Shown here piece by piece: positions 8,825-19,080 of a stretch of 64,000 nt of DNA. The stretch's first letter is position 1. Every line of letters begins with the position of its first letter. Origin of the DNA: an uncultured delta proteobacterium (GTDB lineage: Bacteria; Myxococcota_A; Polyangia; Polyangiales; B10-G4); assembly GCA_963727445.1 (NCBI GenBank), contig CAVSGI010000012.1, forward strand, positions 285,515 to 349,514. The letters run 5' to 3'. The position numbers and the translations under genes were made by a program. Below the pieces are notes generated by a model. It saw only the letters and a program-made list of their open reading frames with translations. It made no database searches and had not been told where the DNA came from.

Positions 8825-10756
8825 TCACCTTCGGCGCGCGGAGATCTGTCTGACGAGGGCCTCGCCCAACGAGTCGATGTCGTAGGGCTTGGCGAGGAAC
8901 TCGTGGGGTCCGGTTTTCGGAGGTTCGGCGCTGCTGTGGCCCTGGCCGCTGGTCATGATCGCCGGCAGCTCCGGGTCGATGCGCCGGAGCTCTTCGAGAC
9001 ATGCCCATCCATTCATCTTCGGCATGCGTACATCGATGAGTGCCACGGCCACTCGCCGACCTTCCTCGCGATAGCGCCGTACAGCTTCGTTTCCGTCGAC
9101 GCAGCTGATGACCTCGTACCCGAGTGATTCGACGAGTCGCTCGGCCGACTCACGCACGAGCGACTCGTCTTCCACCAGCAGAACCACACCCCGACCCGAC
9201 GCGGGAGTCGAGCGGAGACGCTCCCCTGAGACATCCTCTTCAGCGGGGCGGAGAAAGACCGACACGGAGGTGCCAACCTGCTCTTCGCTCTCGATGGCGA
9301 TCGCCCCGTGGTGGGCCCGCACGATCCCGTACACGACCGAGAGTCCCATGCCCGAACCCGTTCCATCGGGCTTGGCGGTGAAGAAGGGCTCGAATACGCG
9401 GTCGCGTATCGCCGCGGACATGCCGACGCCGGTGTCCTCCACGACGATTCGAACGTAGGCGCCGGCGTCCAGCGCGAACGCCTCGAGGAGCGGACCGTCT
9501 TCGAGAACCTCGCGCGTCGTGCGGAGCGAGAGCCGCCCGCCGTCCGGCATCGCGGCTCGTGCGTTGACGATCAGGTTCATCAGTACCTGCTGGAGCTGAC
9601 CCGGGTCTCCCTGCACCCAGGTCGCGTCCAGAGCTACTTCCTCGACCACGTCGACGTCGTCACCGAGGGTGCTCGCGAGGAGCTCGCAGACGTCGTTGAT
9701 CAAGTGGCGGATGTCGAGGCGCTTGCGCTCGGGCTTGCTCTTGCGCGCGAAGCTCAGGAGCTGCTGGGTGAGTCCCGCAGACTGGCGCGCAGCGCGGTAG
9801 ATGAGATTGGCGGCGTGGCCATCGGGAGAGTCGGCGGGATGTCGGTGCCGCATCATGTCGGCGGTCGCGAGGATCGCGGTGAGCATGTTGTTGAAGTCGT
9901 GCGCCACGCCGCCGGCCAGAACCCCGACGGCTTCGAGCCTGTGAGCGTGCTGCAGCTGTGCTTCGAGCGCGCGCCGCTCGCTCAGGTCCATGACCACGTA
10001 CTGTACGGCGGGCCGTCCGCCGTACTCCATCGCCCGCGCGTGAACCTCGACGGGGATCTCGCGCCCGGCCGCGTTCACCAACACCGTTTCGTAGGTATTG
10101 GGAACGCCGTCGCCCCTCAGTCGCTTCTGAAGGAACGCCCTCGCCCTGGACTGGAGCCCGGGGACAACCAACTTCGCCAGATCTCGCTCGATGGCGTTCG
10201 GATCGCCGAAGTGAGCCCGCCACGCTTCGTTCGCGAACACCACGCGCGAGTCTTGAACGATCGTTACCATGTGAGGAAGAGCCGCCACGAGCGAACGAAA
10301 TTTCTCCTCGCTGTCGCGAAGCTGACGCTCCATCCTCTTACGCTTCTGGAGATTGCGCGAGATGGCGAGGACCCCGCGCACCTCGTCGTCCATGACGATG
10401 CGGGCGGTGGTGATCTCGACCCACATCTCTTCTTCCGAGGCGGCGCGGTAGGCGAGCTCGTAGGCCGGGACGTCTTCCCCCGCGAGGACACGATCGAAGT
10501 TCCGTCGAGTCATCTCGTGATCCTCTTCCCGAATGAGCTCGAGGAAGTGGCGTCCCAAGAACGCTTCCTTGGGGAATCCGGAGCTCTTGGCGATGAAGTC
10601 GTTGACGAAGGAGAAGCGACCTTCGAGGTCGACCACGAAGATCCCGTCTCCCGCGCCATCGACGAGTGCTCGGACGAAGGCTTCCGACGCGAAGAGCTCG
10701 CCCTCGGTGGGGCGCGCGCTCAGCGGTTTCTTGGAATTCGACTCTCTTTCCACCAC
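8825..10756 (-). CDS. PAS-PAS hybrid sensor histidine kinase with receiver domain
   Basis: H-box GGVAHDFNN, NLIVNA, DTGVGM, FEPFFT and GSGMGL; receiver LLVEDE...DVRMP...KPY. Confidence 0.93.
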   Translation of the reverse strand: MVERESNSKKPLSARPTEGELFASEAFVRALVDGAGDGIFVVDLEGRFSFVNDFIAKSSGFPKEAFLGRHFLELIREEDHEMTRRNFDRVLAGEDVPAYELAYRAASEEEMWVEITTARIVMDDEVRGVLAISRNLQKRKRMERQLRDSEEKFRSLVAALPHMVTIVQDSRVVFANEAWRAHFGDPNAIERDLAKLVVPGLQSRARAFLQKRLRGDGVPNTYETVLVNAAGREIPVEVHARAMEYGGRPAVQYVVMDLSERRALEAQLQHAHRLEAVGVLAGGVAHDFNNMLTAILATADMMRHRHPADSPDGHAANLIYRAARQSAGLTQQLLSFARKSKPERKRLDIRHLINDVCELLASTLGDDVDVVEEVALDATWVQGDPGQLQQVLMNLIVNARAAMPDGGRLSLRTTREVLEDGPLLEAFALDAGAYVRIVVEDTGVGMSAAIRDRVFEPFFTAKPDGTGSGMGLSVVYGIVRAHHGAIAIESEEQVGTSVSVFLRPAEEDVSGERLRSTPASGRGVVLLVEDESLVRESAERLVESLGYEVISCVDGNEAVRRYREEGRRVAVALIDVRMPKMNGWACLEELRRIDPELPAIMTSGQGHSSAEPPKTGPHEFLAKPYDIDSLGEALVRQISARRR

Positions 10757-10989
10757 CAGAGTCGTCGAGGATAGGCTGCCCGCGTGCCCGACGCGAGCGC
10801 GTCAACCTCGAGTCGGACTCCACAGGTTCCGCGAGCGGCCTGACCCGCTTGGCGAGCACATCCACACGCTGAGGGATCCGCGCCGAACACCCGTCGTGAT
10901 ATCAGAGGCCATGGTCCACGATCTCGGGCGGTCTTTGGCGTTCGTCCGCACGCCCTCCCCAATCTCGCCGCTCTTCGCTTGCGACTCGC

Positions 10990-12231
10990 GTGGCTGAAGC
11001 TCCCCGCTATCAGCCGGACCGGCTGCTCTGGGGCGCGGTCGGCGCCGGCGTGGCCCCCGGCGTTGGCCTGTTGGTGACGCTGACGTGCGCCTGGTTCGCC
11101 ACGCGGGCGTCGCGCCGCTTGATCCTGGGCATCGCGGCCCTCGATCTCCTCCTCGCCTGCGCCCTCGGCGGCGTTCTTCTCTTCGGTCCTCCGATCGCTT
11201 CCGCCGGGCTGGTGCCGGTGTCGATCCTGGGTGTCGCCATGTCGGAGGTGCCGGCCGAAGACGGCGTTCGGCTTGTCGAGGTCGTTCCCGGATTGGCCGC
11301 CGCCGCTGCGGGGCTCTCGGCCGGCGACGTCGTCCTATCCGTCGACGGGGTGCACGTGGCGCGAGCCCCAGACGTCTCCGACGTCGTCGAGAACACCCCG
11401 CCGGGGACCGCGATCACACTTCGGGTGAAGGACGACGAGGGTCGGGCCCGCAGCGTCCAGGCAACGCTCGGCGCGCGCTTCGTTCCGAGCGTGCGCTCGA
11501 CCACGTTCCACGTGATCGGACGGAGCGTCGTTCTCGGCTTCGCGTTCCTGGCGACCATCCTCGTCGGCGCCTGGGGCCTGCTCTTCAGCCGCCCTCGCTG
11601 GGCGGGCGCCGTGCTCGCTTGTCTTGGGGCCGGTGGGGCCATTCAGGCCTTTCTGATGCGACAGGGGAGCCACGAGATCGTGACCTGGCTCTACGTCGGG
11701 GCGGTCATCGTGTTCGCGGGGGCTCTGTGGTGGAGGATGAAGAGCGCAGAGCCCCCACCGATCGCGCGCGTCGATCGCACGAGCCGTGGGTTCGTCCTCG
11801 GCCTCGTCGCTGCGGGCGCGTGGGGCGTGCGCGCCACGCTCGCGGTCTACCTCGTCTCAGTCTTCGCCGACGTGACCCCCGCCGCCGCCTCGAATCCCGT
11901 GATGGCCGTGAGCGAAGAGGGAACGAGCTCGCTGTCCCAGCTCCTCATCGCCGCGACCCTCGTGTTCGTCGCGCCGTTCTTCGAGGAGCTCCTGTTTCGG
12001 GGGGCGCTCCTCTCGTGGCTGGCAGCGCGCCTCGGCCCCTGGAGCGCGCTCGCAGTCACATCGCTGATCTTCGGCGCACTCCACGTGCCGACTCACGGCC
12101 TCCACTTCCTGGTGGCGACGGCTTACGGCGCGGCACTGGGCTGGACCTGGCTGAGAACCGGGAGCCTCGTGCCCTGCGTTTTCATCCACGTCGCGATCAA
12201 CTTCGCCGCGACGGTGCGCTTCCTGCTCTGA
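10990..12231 (+). CDS. CPBP (Abi/Rce1-like) intramembrane glutamic endopeptidase with PDZ domain
   Basis: PDZ: GVRLVEVVPGLAAAAAGLSAGDVVLSVDG. CPBP motifs EELLFRG, FGALH and HVAIN. Confidence 0.85.
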   Translation: MAEAPRYQPDRLLWGAVGAGVAPGVGLLVTLTCAWFATRASRRLILGIAALDLLLACALGGVLLFGPPIASAGLVPVSILGVAMSEVPAEDGVRLVEVVPGLAAAAAGLSAGDVVLSVDGVHVARAPDVSDVVENTPPGTAITLRVKDDEGRARSVQATLGARFVPSVRSTTFHVIGRSVVLGFAFLATILVGAWGLLFSRPRWAGAVLACLGAGGAIQAFLMRQGSHEIVTWLYVGAVIVFAGALWWRMKSAEPPPIARVDRTSRGFVLGLVAAGAWGVRATLAVYLVSVFADVTPAAASNPVMAVSEEGTSSLSQLLIAATLVFVAPFFEELLFRGALLSWLAARLGPWSALAVTSLIFGALHVPTHGLHFLVATAYGAALGWTWLRTGSLVPCVFIHVAINFAATVRFLL

Positions 12232-12250
12232 CGGTCGTCGACCCGGGCCT

Positions 12251-14329
12251 TCAGAGAGCGGTGGCCGTGGCGGCTGGCTCGGGCACCGGCAGTCGCGTGG
12301 CGTCGAGGTTCGTCTCGTTGTCGGTGAAGTCGACGCCGTTGGTCAGGCGCGTGAGGTCGTATCCATCTGCTTGGACGCATGCGCCGATCCGCGCCTGTGT
12401 CACCGCTCCCTCGGTCAGGTCGACGCTGACGGTCTCGTCACCAGCGGCCACGAACACGCCGCAGAGCTCTACCTGCGCGATGTCGAATCGGTTCAGATCG
12501 AGCGTCCCGCCCACGGCGGCAGCGCCGTAGCCGAAGCTGAGCTCGGCGCAGGTGGAGGCCGAGCACTCCGCCTCTTGCACGTCGTGAATCGACACGTCGT
12601 CGAGCTCGACCGCTCCGCCGATGGCCAACACGCCGTGCTCGCGGGCACCGCGGATCTGCACTCGCGCGCCCGTGGTGTGCCCGAGGGCCTGCGTGATGAG
12701 CCCGAGCCCGCCCCGGCCGTCCGGCCTCGCGTAGGTGTCGGCGATCACGACGTCCTCGAGTGTCGCCTCCGCGCCGTCCCCTGCCACGAAGAACCCGAGC
12801 TCGTGGTTTCGGATGACGACCACGCGCGCGACGTCCAGGATGCCGCCGTTTTGTGCGATGAGGCCGCGACCGGAGCTCGACGACGCGATCTCGACACCAG
12901 TGTCGGCGATGAGCGTGTCGCGCAGGGTGGCTCGGGCGCCGTTGTTCGCGACCATGACGCCCGTCTCGAGATTGCGCAGTACGGCGAGGTTCTCAGCGTC
13001 GAGGGCCGGTCCGTCCGTCATCGCGATGCCCCGACCGTAGACACCGTCATCTCGCCCTCGACCGTCCCTCACGACCACATGGCGGAGCGTCACTTCCGTT
13101 CCGGGGTCGGACATGAAGACGCCGAGCTCGTCGTGCTCGGCCACCACCACGCGGGTCGCCGTGACCTTCGCCCCATCCTGCGCGGCGAGCCCGCGTCCGG
13201 AGGTGCCGTCCCGCGCGTTCTCCCGCACGCCCTCGATGACGACGTCCTCGAGCACGGCCTCGGCCCCGTCCACGCCGACGATCATCGCGATGTCCAAGTT
13301 GTTTGCCATCCAGGTTCGCCGTGCCTCGAAGTGTCCTCCGAAGCGCACGTTCACCGCTCGGCCACGCGTGCCGTTTGGCAGCCCGGTTGCGTCGACGATG
13401 GCGGCGTCACTCAGAGTCACGACCGTCCCGGCATCGTCGGCGAAGATGCCAGTCTCCGCGCTGCCGCTGATCACGATCCGCGCGGCGTCGAGGTGCGCGC
13501 CTCCCGCGATGGACAACCCGACACCCAGCGCTTCTGCCATTCCGGCAATGGTGTCCTTCACCACGAAGTCCATCACGGTCACGCTGGTACCGGCTCCCGT
13601 CGCGGCGACCCCCACCAGGTAGAGCTCGTCGAAGAGAACCCCATCGAGGCGGAGGCTTCGCCCACTGTCGACGTAGGCACCTTGCTGCGCCGCGCCGCGG
13701 ACGGTGAGGTTGGAGACCACGGCTTCGGCGCCGGAGCTCGTCACCGAGATGACTGATCGTACGGGCGCGCTGATGCCGGTGACGATGGTCTCGGCGACAC
13801 ACGCACCCATGACGCGAACGCCGGCCTTGAGGGGCAACGTTCCTTCATAGGTCCCGCGGGCTAGCGCGACGGTCGTCCCGTCGCCCAACGAGGGCCACGG
13901 CACCTCGGAGAGTGCGGCGTAGGGCGACGCCATCGATCCGTCGCCACCGCTCGCGGCGCCCGCCCGCACGTAGACGATGGTGCCGGTGGTCGGGAGCGCC
14001 GCCGAATAATCCCCCGAAGGACATGCCTCCCCGATCGGTCGACAGCCGGCCTCCCCGGGGAAGTGCGCCTCCCCCTCGTCGCAGGTGGCGGGACCGCTTT
14101 CGGGATACGGACGGCACTCCGCGGGATCGAGGTCGTCGACCGTGCGCCAGCCCTCGGGGCAGGGTGTGAGTGTGACTGGGGAGGTCCCTTCGTCGAACCA
14201 CGGGATCGCCGGCGGCGCAACCCCGAGACCCGCATCGCCAGCGTCGACCGCGGCGTCGACGCCAGCGTCCGAATCGCCGCAGGCCGCGAGCACGACGAGC
14301 GCCGCCAGGACCCACCTAGTCACTCGCAT
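12251..14329 (-). CDS. Lipoprotein with Cys-rich N-terminus and right-handed beta-helix repeats (paralog 1)
   Basis: Lipobox LAAC, VYVRAGAASGGDGS motif, VALARGTY and repeated DG..GRG units. Confidence 0.85.
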   Translation of the reverse strand: MRVTRWVLAALVVLAACGDSDAGVDAAVDAGDAGLGVAPPAIPWFDEGTSPVTLTPCPEGWRTVDDLDPAECRPYPESGPATCDEGEAHFPGEAGCRPIGEACPSGDYSAALPTTGTIVYVRAGAASGGDGSMASPYAALSEVPWPSLGDGTTVALARGTYEGTLPLKAGVRVMGACVAETIVTGISAPVRSVISVTSSGAEAVVSNLTVRGAAQQGAYVDSGRSLRLDGVLFDELYLVGVAATGAGTSVTVMDFVVKDTIAGMAEALGVGLSIAGGAHLDAARIVISGSAETGIFADDAGTVVTLSDAAIVDATGLPNGTRGRAVNVRFGGHFEARRTWMANNLDIAMIVGVDGAEAVLEDVVIEGVRENARDGTSGRGLAAQDGAKVTATRVVVAEHDELGVFMSDPGTEVTLRHVVVRDGRGRDDGVYGRGIAMTDGPALDAENLAVLRNLETGVMVANNGARATLRDTLIADTGVEIASSSSGRGLIAQNGGILDVARVVVIRNHELGFFVAGDGAEATLEDVVIADTYARPDGRGGLGLITQALGHTTGARVQIRGAREHGVLAIGGAVELDDVSIHDVQEAECSASTCAELSFGYGAAAVGGTLDLNRFDIAQVELCGVFVAAGDETVSVDLTEGAVTQARIGACVQADGYDLTRLTNGVDFTDNETNLDATRLPVPEPAATATAL

Positions 14330-14412
14330 CTGATGAGCAAGGTATCACGTCATCCCTCCTCAGCGCTTGATGTGGGACCTCCTGATCTCGGCTAGCATCC
14401 CCAGACACTCCG

Positions 14413-15444
14413 ATGAAAGGACTCGCCAACATCTCGATTTTCTTGCTCGCGGCGGTCGCCAGCGGCTGCTCCGACGACAGCACGCCCACCGATTCCGGGA
14501 TGCCGCCGGCCGACACGGGGACGGCGCCGACGGATACGGGCGTGGCGTCGGACGGTGCCGCCGACACTGGCATGATGGCCACGGACTCGGGCCCACCACC
14601 CGGCGATGGCGCCGTGCCTCCTCAGCCCACCTTCCCGATCACCGCCGCCTTCTACTACCCCTGGTTTCCGGAGACCTGGACGGTCATGGGGTCCCACGTC
14701 TCCTACCAACCGACGCTCGGTTACTACGAGACGACGGATGCCGCGGTACAGACATCGCACATCGACGCCCTCGGTTACGCAGGGATGGACGTGGCCATCT
14801 CCTCCTGGTGGGGACCGGGCCACTACACCGATACCCGGCTCGGCCAGCTCATGAATCGAACCCGCGACATGGGAGCCCCCCTCAAATGGGCGATCTACTA
14901 CGAGGACGAAGGCACGACCGAGCCGAGCGCGGCCGACCTGGCAGCCGACCTCTCCTACCTCCGCGACGAGGTCGCCACCCACGAGGCGTTTCTGCGCATC
15001 GACGGGAAGTTCGTGGTCTTCGTCTACAACGCGAACGACACGACGTGCGAGGTCGCGACCCGTTGGAGCCAGGCGAACGACACCGTCGGCGGCGCCGCTT
15101 ACGTCGTGCTGAAGGTGTTCTCTGGCTATCGCGACTGCGCCGACCAGCCCGAATCATGGCACCAGTACGGGCCGGACACTCCCGCCGACGAGCAGAGCGG
15201 TTACTCCTACACCATCGCCCCCGGCTTCTGGCGCGCCGACGAAGCGAGCGCACGCCTGGCGCGTGATCCGGCGCGGTGGCAGACGAACGTCGCCGACATG
15301 GCCGCGGCCACCACGCCCTTCAAGCTCGTCACGACCTTCAACGAGTGGGGGGAGGGGACCGCGGTCGAGTCGGCCGAGGATTGGTCCTCCGCCTCTGGCT
15401 ACGGCATCTACCTCGACGCACTGCATGAAGCCTTCGCACCGTGA
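14413..15444 (+). CDS. GH99/GH71-like glycoside hydrolase lipoprotein
   Basis: Lipobox ASGC; AFYYPWF, PTLGYY, SWWG, APGFW and TTFNEWGEGTAVE are typical of GH99-like endo-alpha-mannanases. Confidence 0.75.
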   Translation: MKGLANISIFLLAAVASGCSDDSTPTDSGMPPADTGTAPTDTGVASDGAADTGMMATDSGPPPGDGAVPPQPTFPITAAFYYPWFPETWTVMGSHVSYQPTLGYYETTDAAVQTSHIDALGYAGMDVAISSWWGPGHYTDTRLGQLMNRTRDMGAPLKWAIYYEDEGTTEPSAADLAADLSYLRDEVATHEAFLRIDGKFVVFVYNANDTTCEVATRWSQANDTVGGAAYVVLKVFSGYRDCADQPESWHQYGPDTPADEQSGYSYTIAPGFWRADEASARLARDPARWQTNVADMAAATTPFKLVTTFNEWGEGTAVESAEDWSSASGYGIYLDALHEAFAP

Positions 15445-17330
15445 TGTCCGACGATGAACCCGAAAGCGATCCGCCCAGAGGTCGCCGCTTGGGCGTGCTC
15501 TCTCTCGCGGCGATCGGTGTCGTCTTCGGGGACATCGGAACCAGTCCGCTCTATGCGGTGCGCGAGTGTTTTCACGGGGACTACGCCATCGCCGCGACGG
15601 GCCAGAACGTCCTCGGCGTCGTCTCCCTGATCTTCTGGTCGGTCACGCTCGTGGTGACCATCAAGTACCTGGTGTTCGTGCTGAAGGCCGACAACCAGGG
15701 CGAGGGCGGCGTCATCGCCCTGACCGCGCTGGTCGACGAGCAGAAAGGCCGGCGCGGGCGGATCTTCGTGCTCCTCGGTCTCTTTGCGGCGGCGCTGCTC
15801 TACGGCGACGGGATGATCACCCCCTCGATCTCGGTGTTGAGCGCGGTCGAGGGGGTGGCGGTCGCGGCCCCCGCCTTCGCTGATTGGGTCCTGCCTGCGA
15901 CCGTCGCGATCCTGGTCGCGCTCTTCCTCTTCCAGCACAAGGGAACGAAGCGGGTGGGCTCGCTCTTCGGCCCGATCACGAGCCTCTGGCTCCTGACGAT
16001 CGCCGCCCTCGGAGTTCGAGGCATCGTCGACCGACCCGATGTCCTGTGGGCGCTGAGCCCTCTGCACGCGATCTCCTTCATTTCGGCCAACGGCGCCACC
16101 GGCTTCTTCGTTCTCGGCGCGGTCTTCCTCGTCGTCACCGGGACCGAAGCGCTCTACGCCGACATGGGCCACTTCGGCCGCCGGCCCATTCGGATGGCGT
16201 GGCTCGCGCTGGTCATGCCGTGCTTGTTGCTCAACTACTTCGGTCAGGGCGCCGCGCTCCTGGCCGATCCCAGCGTCGCGCCAGAAGTGTTCTTCGCACT
16301 CGTCCCCTCGGCGCTTCAGTTCCCGGTCGTCGGGTTGGCGACCTGTGCGACGGTCATCGCGTCGCAGGCGGTGATCAGTGGCGCGTTCTCCCTCACCCGT
16401 CAGGCCATTCGCCTGGGGTATCTCCCGCGCCTGCGCGTCATCCACACCTCCAAGACCGAGATCGGTCAGATCTACGTTCCCGCCGTCAACTGGATGCTGA
16501 TGGTCGTGACCGTCTTCCTGGTGCTGGGCTTCGGTAGCTCGAGCTCGCTGGCCGCTGCTTACGGCGTGGCAGTGACGACCACCATGCTGGTGACTTCCAT
16601 CCTCTTCTTCGTCGTCGCGACCACCCACCTGGGCTGGCACTGGCTGCCCACCGCCGGCCTGGTGACCCTCTTCGTGGTGGTCGACTCGGCATTCTTCGGC
16701 GCCAACATCAGCAAGCTCGCCCACGGCGCCTGGTTTCCCCTCCTGATCGGGTTGGTCGGGTTCGTGGTGATGACCACCTGGAAGACGGGCCGCCTGCTCA
16801 TCCGCGACGAGATGTACGGTCGAAACCCCACGCTGCTCGAGCTCGCCGAGCGAATCGAGTTCGATGGGATCACCCGAGTCCCTGGTCAGGCCGTCTACCT
16901 GGCGGGGAGCCCCGAGAAGGCGCCACCCGCGCTGCTACACAACCTTCGACACAACCACGTCGTCCACGAATCGGTCGCCGTGGTCACGGTGGATTTCCGC
17001 GACATCCCTCGTGTCCCGGTGGACGAGAAGGTGACCGTTCGAGAGTTGCGGCCGTGGCTCTACCACGTGGAGATCGGATGTGGGTTCATGGAGGACCCAC
17101 ACGTACCGCGCCTCCTGATGCTCGCCAGCAAGGACGGCTTCCCCTTCGATCCGGACAAGGTCAGCTACTTCGTCGGAAAGGAGCACGTAGTTCCGGATCG
17201 GAACCCGTCAATGGCCCCCTGGCGGGAGCGGATCTTCGCGGTGCTGTCGAGAAATGCGCTCGGCGCGACGCCTTACTTCAATCTGCCCGCCGACCGGGTC
17301 GTGGAGCTCGGCGCGCAAATCGAGCTCTGA
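15441..17330 (+). CDS. kup: KUP/HAK/KT potassium transporter Kup
   Basis: Motifs GVVFGDIGTSPLYA, ADNQGEGG, YGDGMITPSISVLSAVEG, EALYADMGHFG and GQIYVP. Confidence 0.96.
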   Translation: MMSDDEPESDPPRGRRLGVLSLAAIGVVFGDIGTSPLYAVRECFHGDYAIAATGQNVLGVVSLIFWSVTLVVTIKYLVFVLKADNQGEGGVIALTALVDEQKGRRGRIFVLLGLFAAALLYGDGMITPSISVLSAVEGVAVAAPAFADWVLPATVAILVALFLFQHKGTKRVGSLFGPITSLWLLTIAALGVRGIVDRPDVLWALSPLHAISFISANGATGFFVLGAVFLVVTGTEALYADMGHFGRRPIRMAWLALVMPCLLLNYFGQGAALLADPSVAPEVFFALVPSALQFPVVGLATCATVIASQAVISGAFSLTRQAIRLGYLPRLRVIHTSKTEIGQIYVPAVNWMLMVVTVFLVLGFGSSSSLAAAYGVAVTTTMLVTSILFFVVATTHLGWHWLPTAGLVTLFVVVDSAFFGANISKLAHGAWFPLLIGLVGFVVMTTWKTGRLLIRDEMYGRNPTLLELAERIEFDGITRVPGQAVYLAGSPEKAPPALLHNLRHNHVVHESVAVVTVDFRDIPRVPVDEKVTVRELRPWLYHVEIGCGFMEDPHVPRLLMLASKDGFPFDPDKVSYFVGKEHVVPDRNPSMAPWRERIFAVLSRNALGATPYFNLPADRVVELGAQIEL

Positions 17331-17373
17331 CGCGCGCTGGTGGTCCGAAGCGGGCTTCGGGTACCATCGGAGG

Positions 17374-19005
17374 ATGCGCTGCACGCGATTGCTCATCCTT
17401 CTCCTTTCACTTCTCCTCTTCTTCGTCGGCTGCGACTGCAGCGACAACAACGGAACGGGGGACAGCTCCGTCACCGGCGACGGTTCGACCGACTCCATGG
17501 CGGGGGACAGCACCACCGGAATGGATGCGACGGGCGACGGGACGACCGGCGACGCGAGTGGGGACGCGACCGGCGGCGACGCCAGCGGGTGCGCGACGGG
17601 GGCGTGTCGTCCCATCGCTTGCGCCTGTACGGCCGATACCGATTGTTGCTCGGGCTCGTGCATGGCGAACCTCTGCGTAGCGGCCGCGTGTTTCTCGAAC
17701 GGCACCGCGTGCACCGCGGACTCGGATTGCTGCTCGCTCAACTGTGGCGCCAGCGGCAACTGCGAGCCGCCGCCCCTGCCCTGCCGGTCCATCGGCAGCG
17801 TGTGCGCCGTCTCGGGTGATTGTTGCTCGGGCAACTGTGCAGATACGGCGGGGATGCCCTGTGCGGGCGGCGCCGACTGCACATGTGGCGCGAGTGCCGC
17901 GTGCCTGCCCTCGGGGGAGGCCTGCCGCCGCGACAGCCAGTGCTGCAACAACCTCTGCGACCGGCCCAGCGGTGGGATGGGGACCTGCGCCGAGATCACC
18001 TCGTGCGCGGTGGCTGGCGAGCCCTGTAGCACCGAGGGCCTGAGCGGCGCGTGTTGCTCCACCGTCTGCCTCGACACCGCGGGCGACGGCGTGCCCCGCT
18101 GTCAGTACCTGGGCGGCTGTCGCGTCCAGGACGAGCTCTGCTCGAGTGACGGGGAGTGCTGCTCGGGCGCGTGTGAGGCCCGCGGCATGACGATGGACGG
18201 GCGGCCGATCATGCGCTGCGCGAACGTCGAGTCCTGTCTGCCTGCGGGCGAGGTCTGCGCCTTCGGCGGTGCGAGCTCCAACTGCTGCCCCAACGGCGGC
18301 GGCCGCACGGGCTGCGAGCCGACGGGCGCGGGCTTCAGTCGCTGTTTCGGCGGCGAGCCGGGCTGCACCATCCCCGGACACGAGTGCACCGACACCAGCG
18401 AGTGCTGTACCGACGCTTTCCCCGACATCATGTGCTCGCCCGACTACCGCGGCGGTCGCGATGGGTCGACGCTCGCGTGTTGCCTCGACTCCGGCTCGTC
18501 CTGTGCCTTCGGTGACGTGTGCTGCTGTGGTGTGTGCGCGCCCGACGAGTCCGGCTCCCTGGTCTGCTGCCCGCCGCCCCCCTCCACCTGCGTCGAGGAC
18601 GGGATGCCCTGCACGTCGACGGCGGAGTGCTGCCGCGGCGTCTGCGCCGACGACGGCACCGGCCGGATGGTCTGCAATCCGACCATGTGCGTCTCGGATG
18701 GCGGAGCCTGCACCATGGATAGCGACTGCTGCAGCGGAACCTGCGGCATGGACGCTTCGGGTGCGATGGTCTGCAATCCGACGACCTGCGTGACCACGGG
18801 CCGCGCGTGCACCGTCGACGGTGATTGCTGCCCCGGCAACTGCTGTCGGGCCGACGCGTCGGGCGCTACGGTCTGCACGACCGATTGCGGCGCGGCTTGC
18901 ACCCTGGGCGCCCTCGGTGACCTCTGCAGCACGGCCGCCGACTGTTGCAACGCCCCGCCGGTCGTCTGCGCGGGTCTCGAGTTCACGACCTGTCAGCTCC
19001 CCTGA
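17374..19005 (+). CDS. Lipoprotein with about 13 tandem knottin-like C-C-CC-C-C repeats
   Basis: MRCTRLLILLL...FVGC signal, D-S/G/T linker and repeated Cx6Cx5CCx3C..C units. Confidence 0.85.
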   Translation: MRCTRLLILLLSLLLFFVGCDCSDNNGTGDSSVTGDGSTDSMAGDSTTGMDATGDGTTGDASGDATGGDASGCATGACRPIACACTADTDCCSGSCMANLCVAAACFSNGTACTADSDCCSLNCGASGNCEPPPLPCRSIGSVCAVSGDCCSGNCADTAGMPCAGGADCTCGASAACLPSGEACRRDSQCCNNLCDRPSGGMGTCAEITSCAVAGEPCSTEGLSGACCSTVCLDTAGDGVPRCQYLGGCRVQDELCSSDGECCSGACEARGMTMDGRPIMRCANVESCLPAGEVCAFGGASSNCCPNGGGRTGCEPTGAGFSRCFGGEPGCTIPGHECTDTSECCTDAFPDIMCSPDYRGGRDGSTLACCLDSGSSCAFGDVCCCGVCAPDESGSLVCCPPPPSTCVEDGMPCTSTAECCRGVCADDGTGRMVCNPTMCVSDGGACTMDSDCCSGTCGMDASGAMVCNPTTCVTTGRACTVDGDCCPGNCCRADASGATVCTTDCGAACTLGALGDLCSTAADCCNAPPVVCAGLEFTTCQLP

Positions 19006-19020
19006 GGAGCGCACCACGAT

Positions 19021-19058
19021 CGAGCCCCACTCGCGATCCCCTTTGCGAGCGGGGCTCG
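19021..19058. terminator. GC-rich hairpin between convergent genes
   Basis: CGAGCCCC-A-CTCGC ... GCGAG-C-GGGGCTCG inverted repeat; no clear U-tract. Confidence 0.45.
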
Positions 19059-19080
19059 GTCGCCATGCAACTCCGCGACG

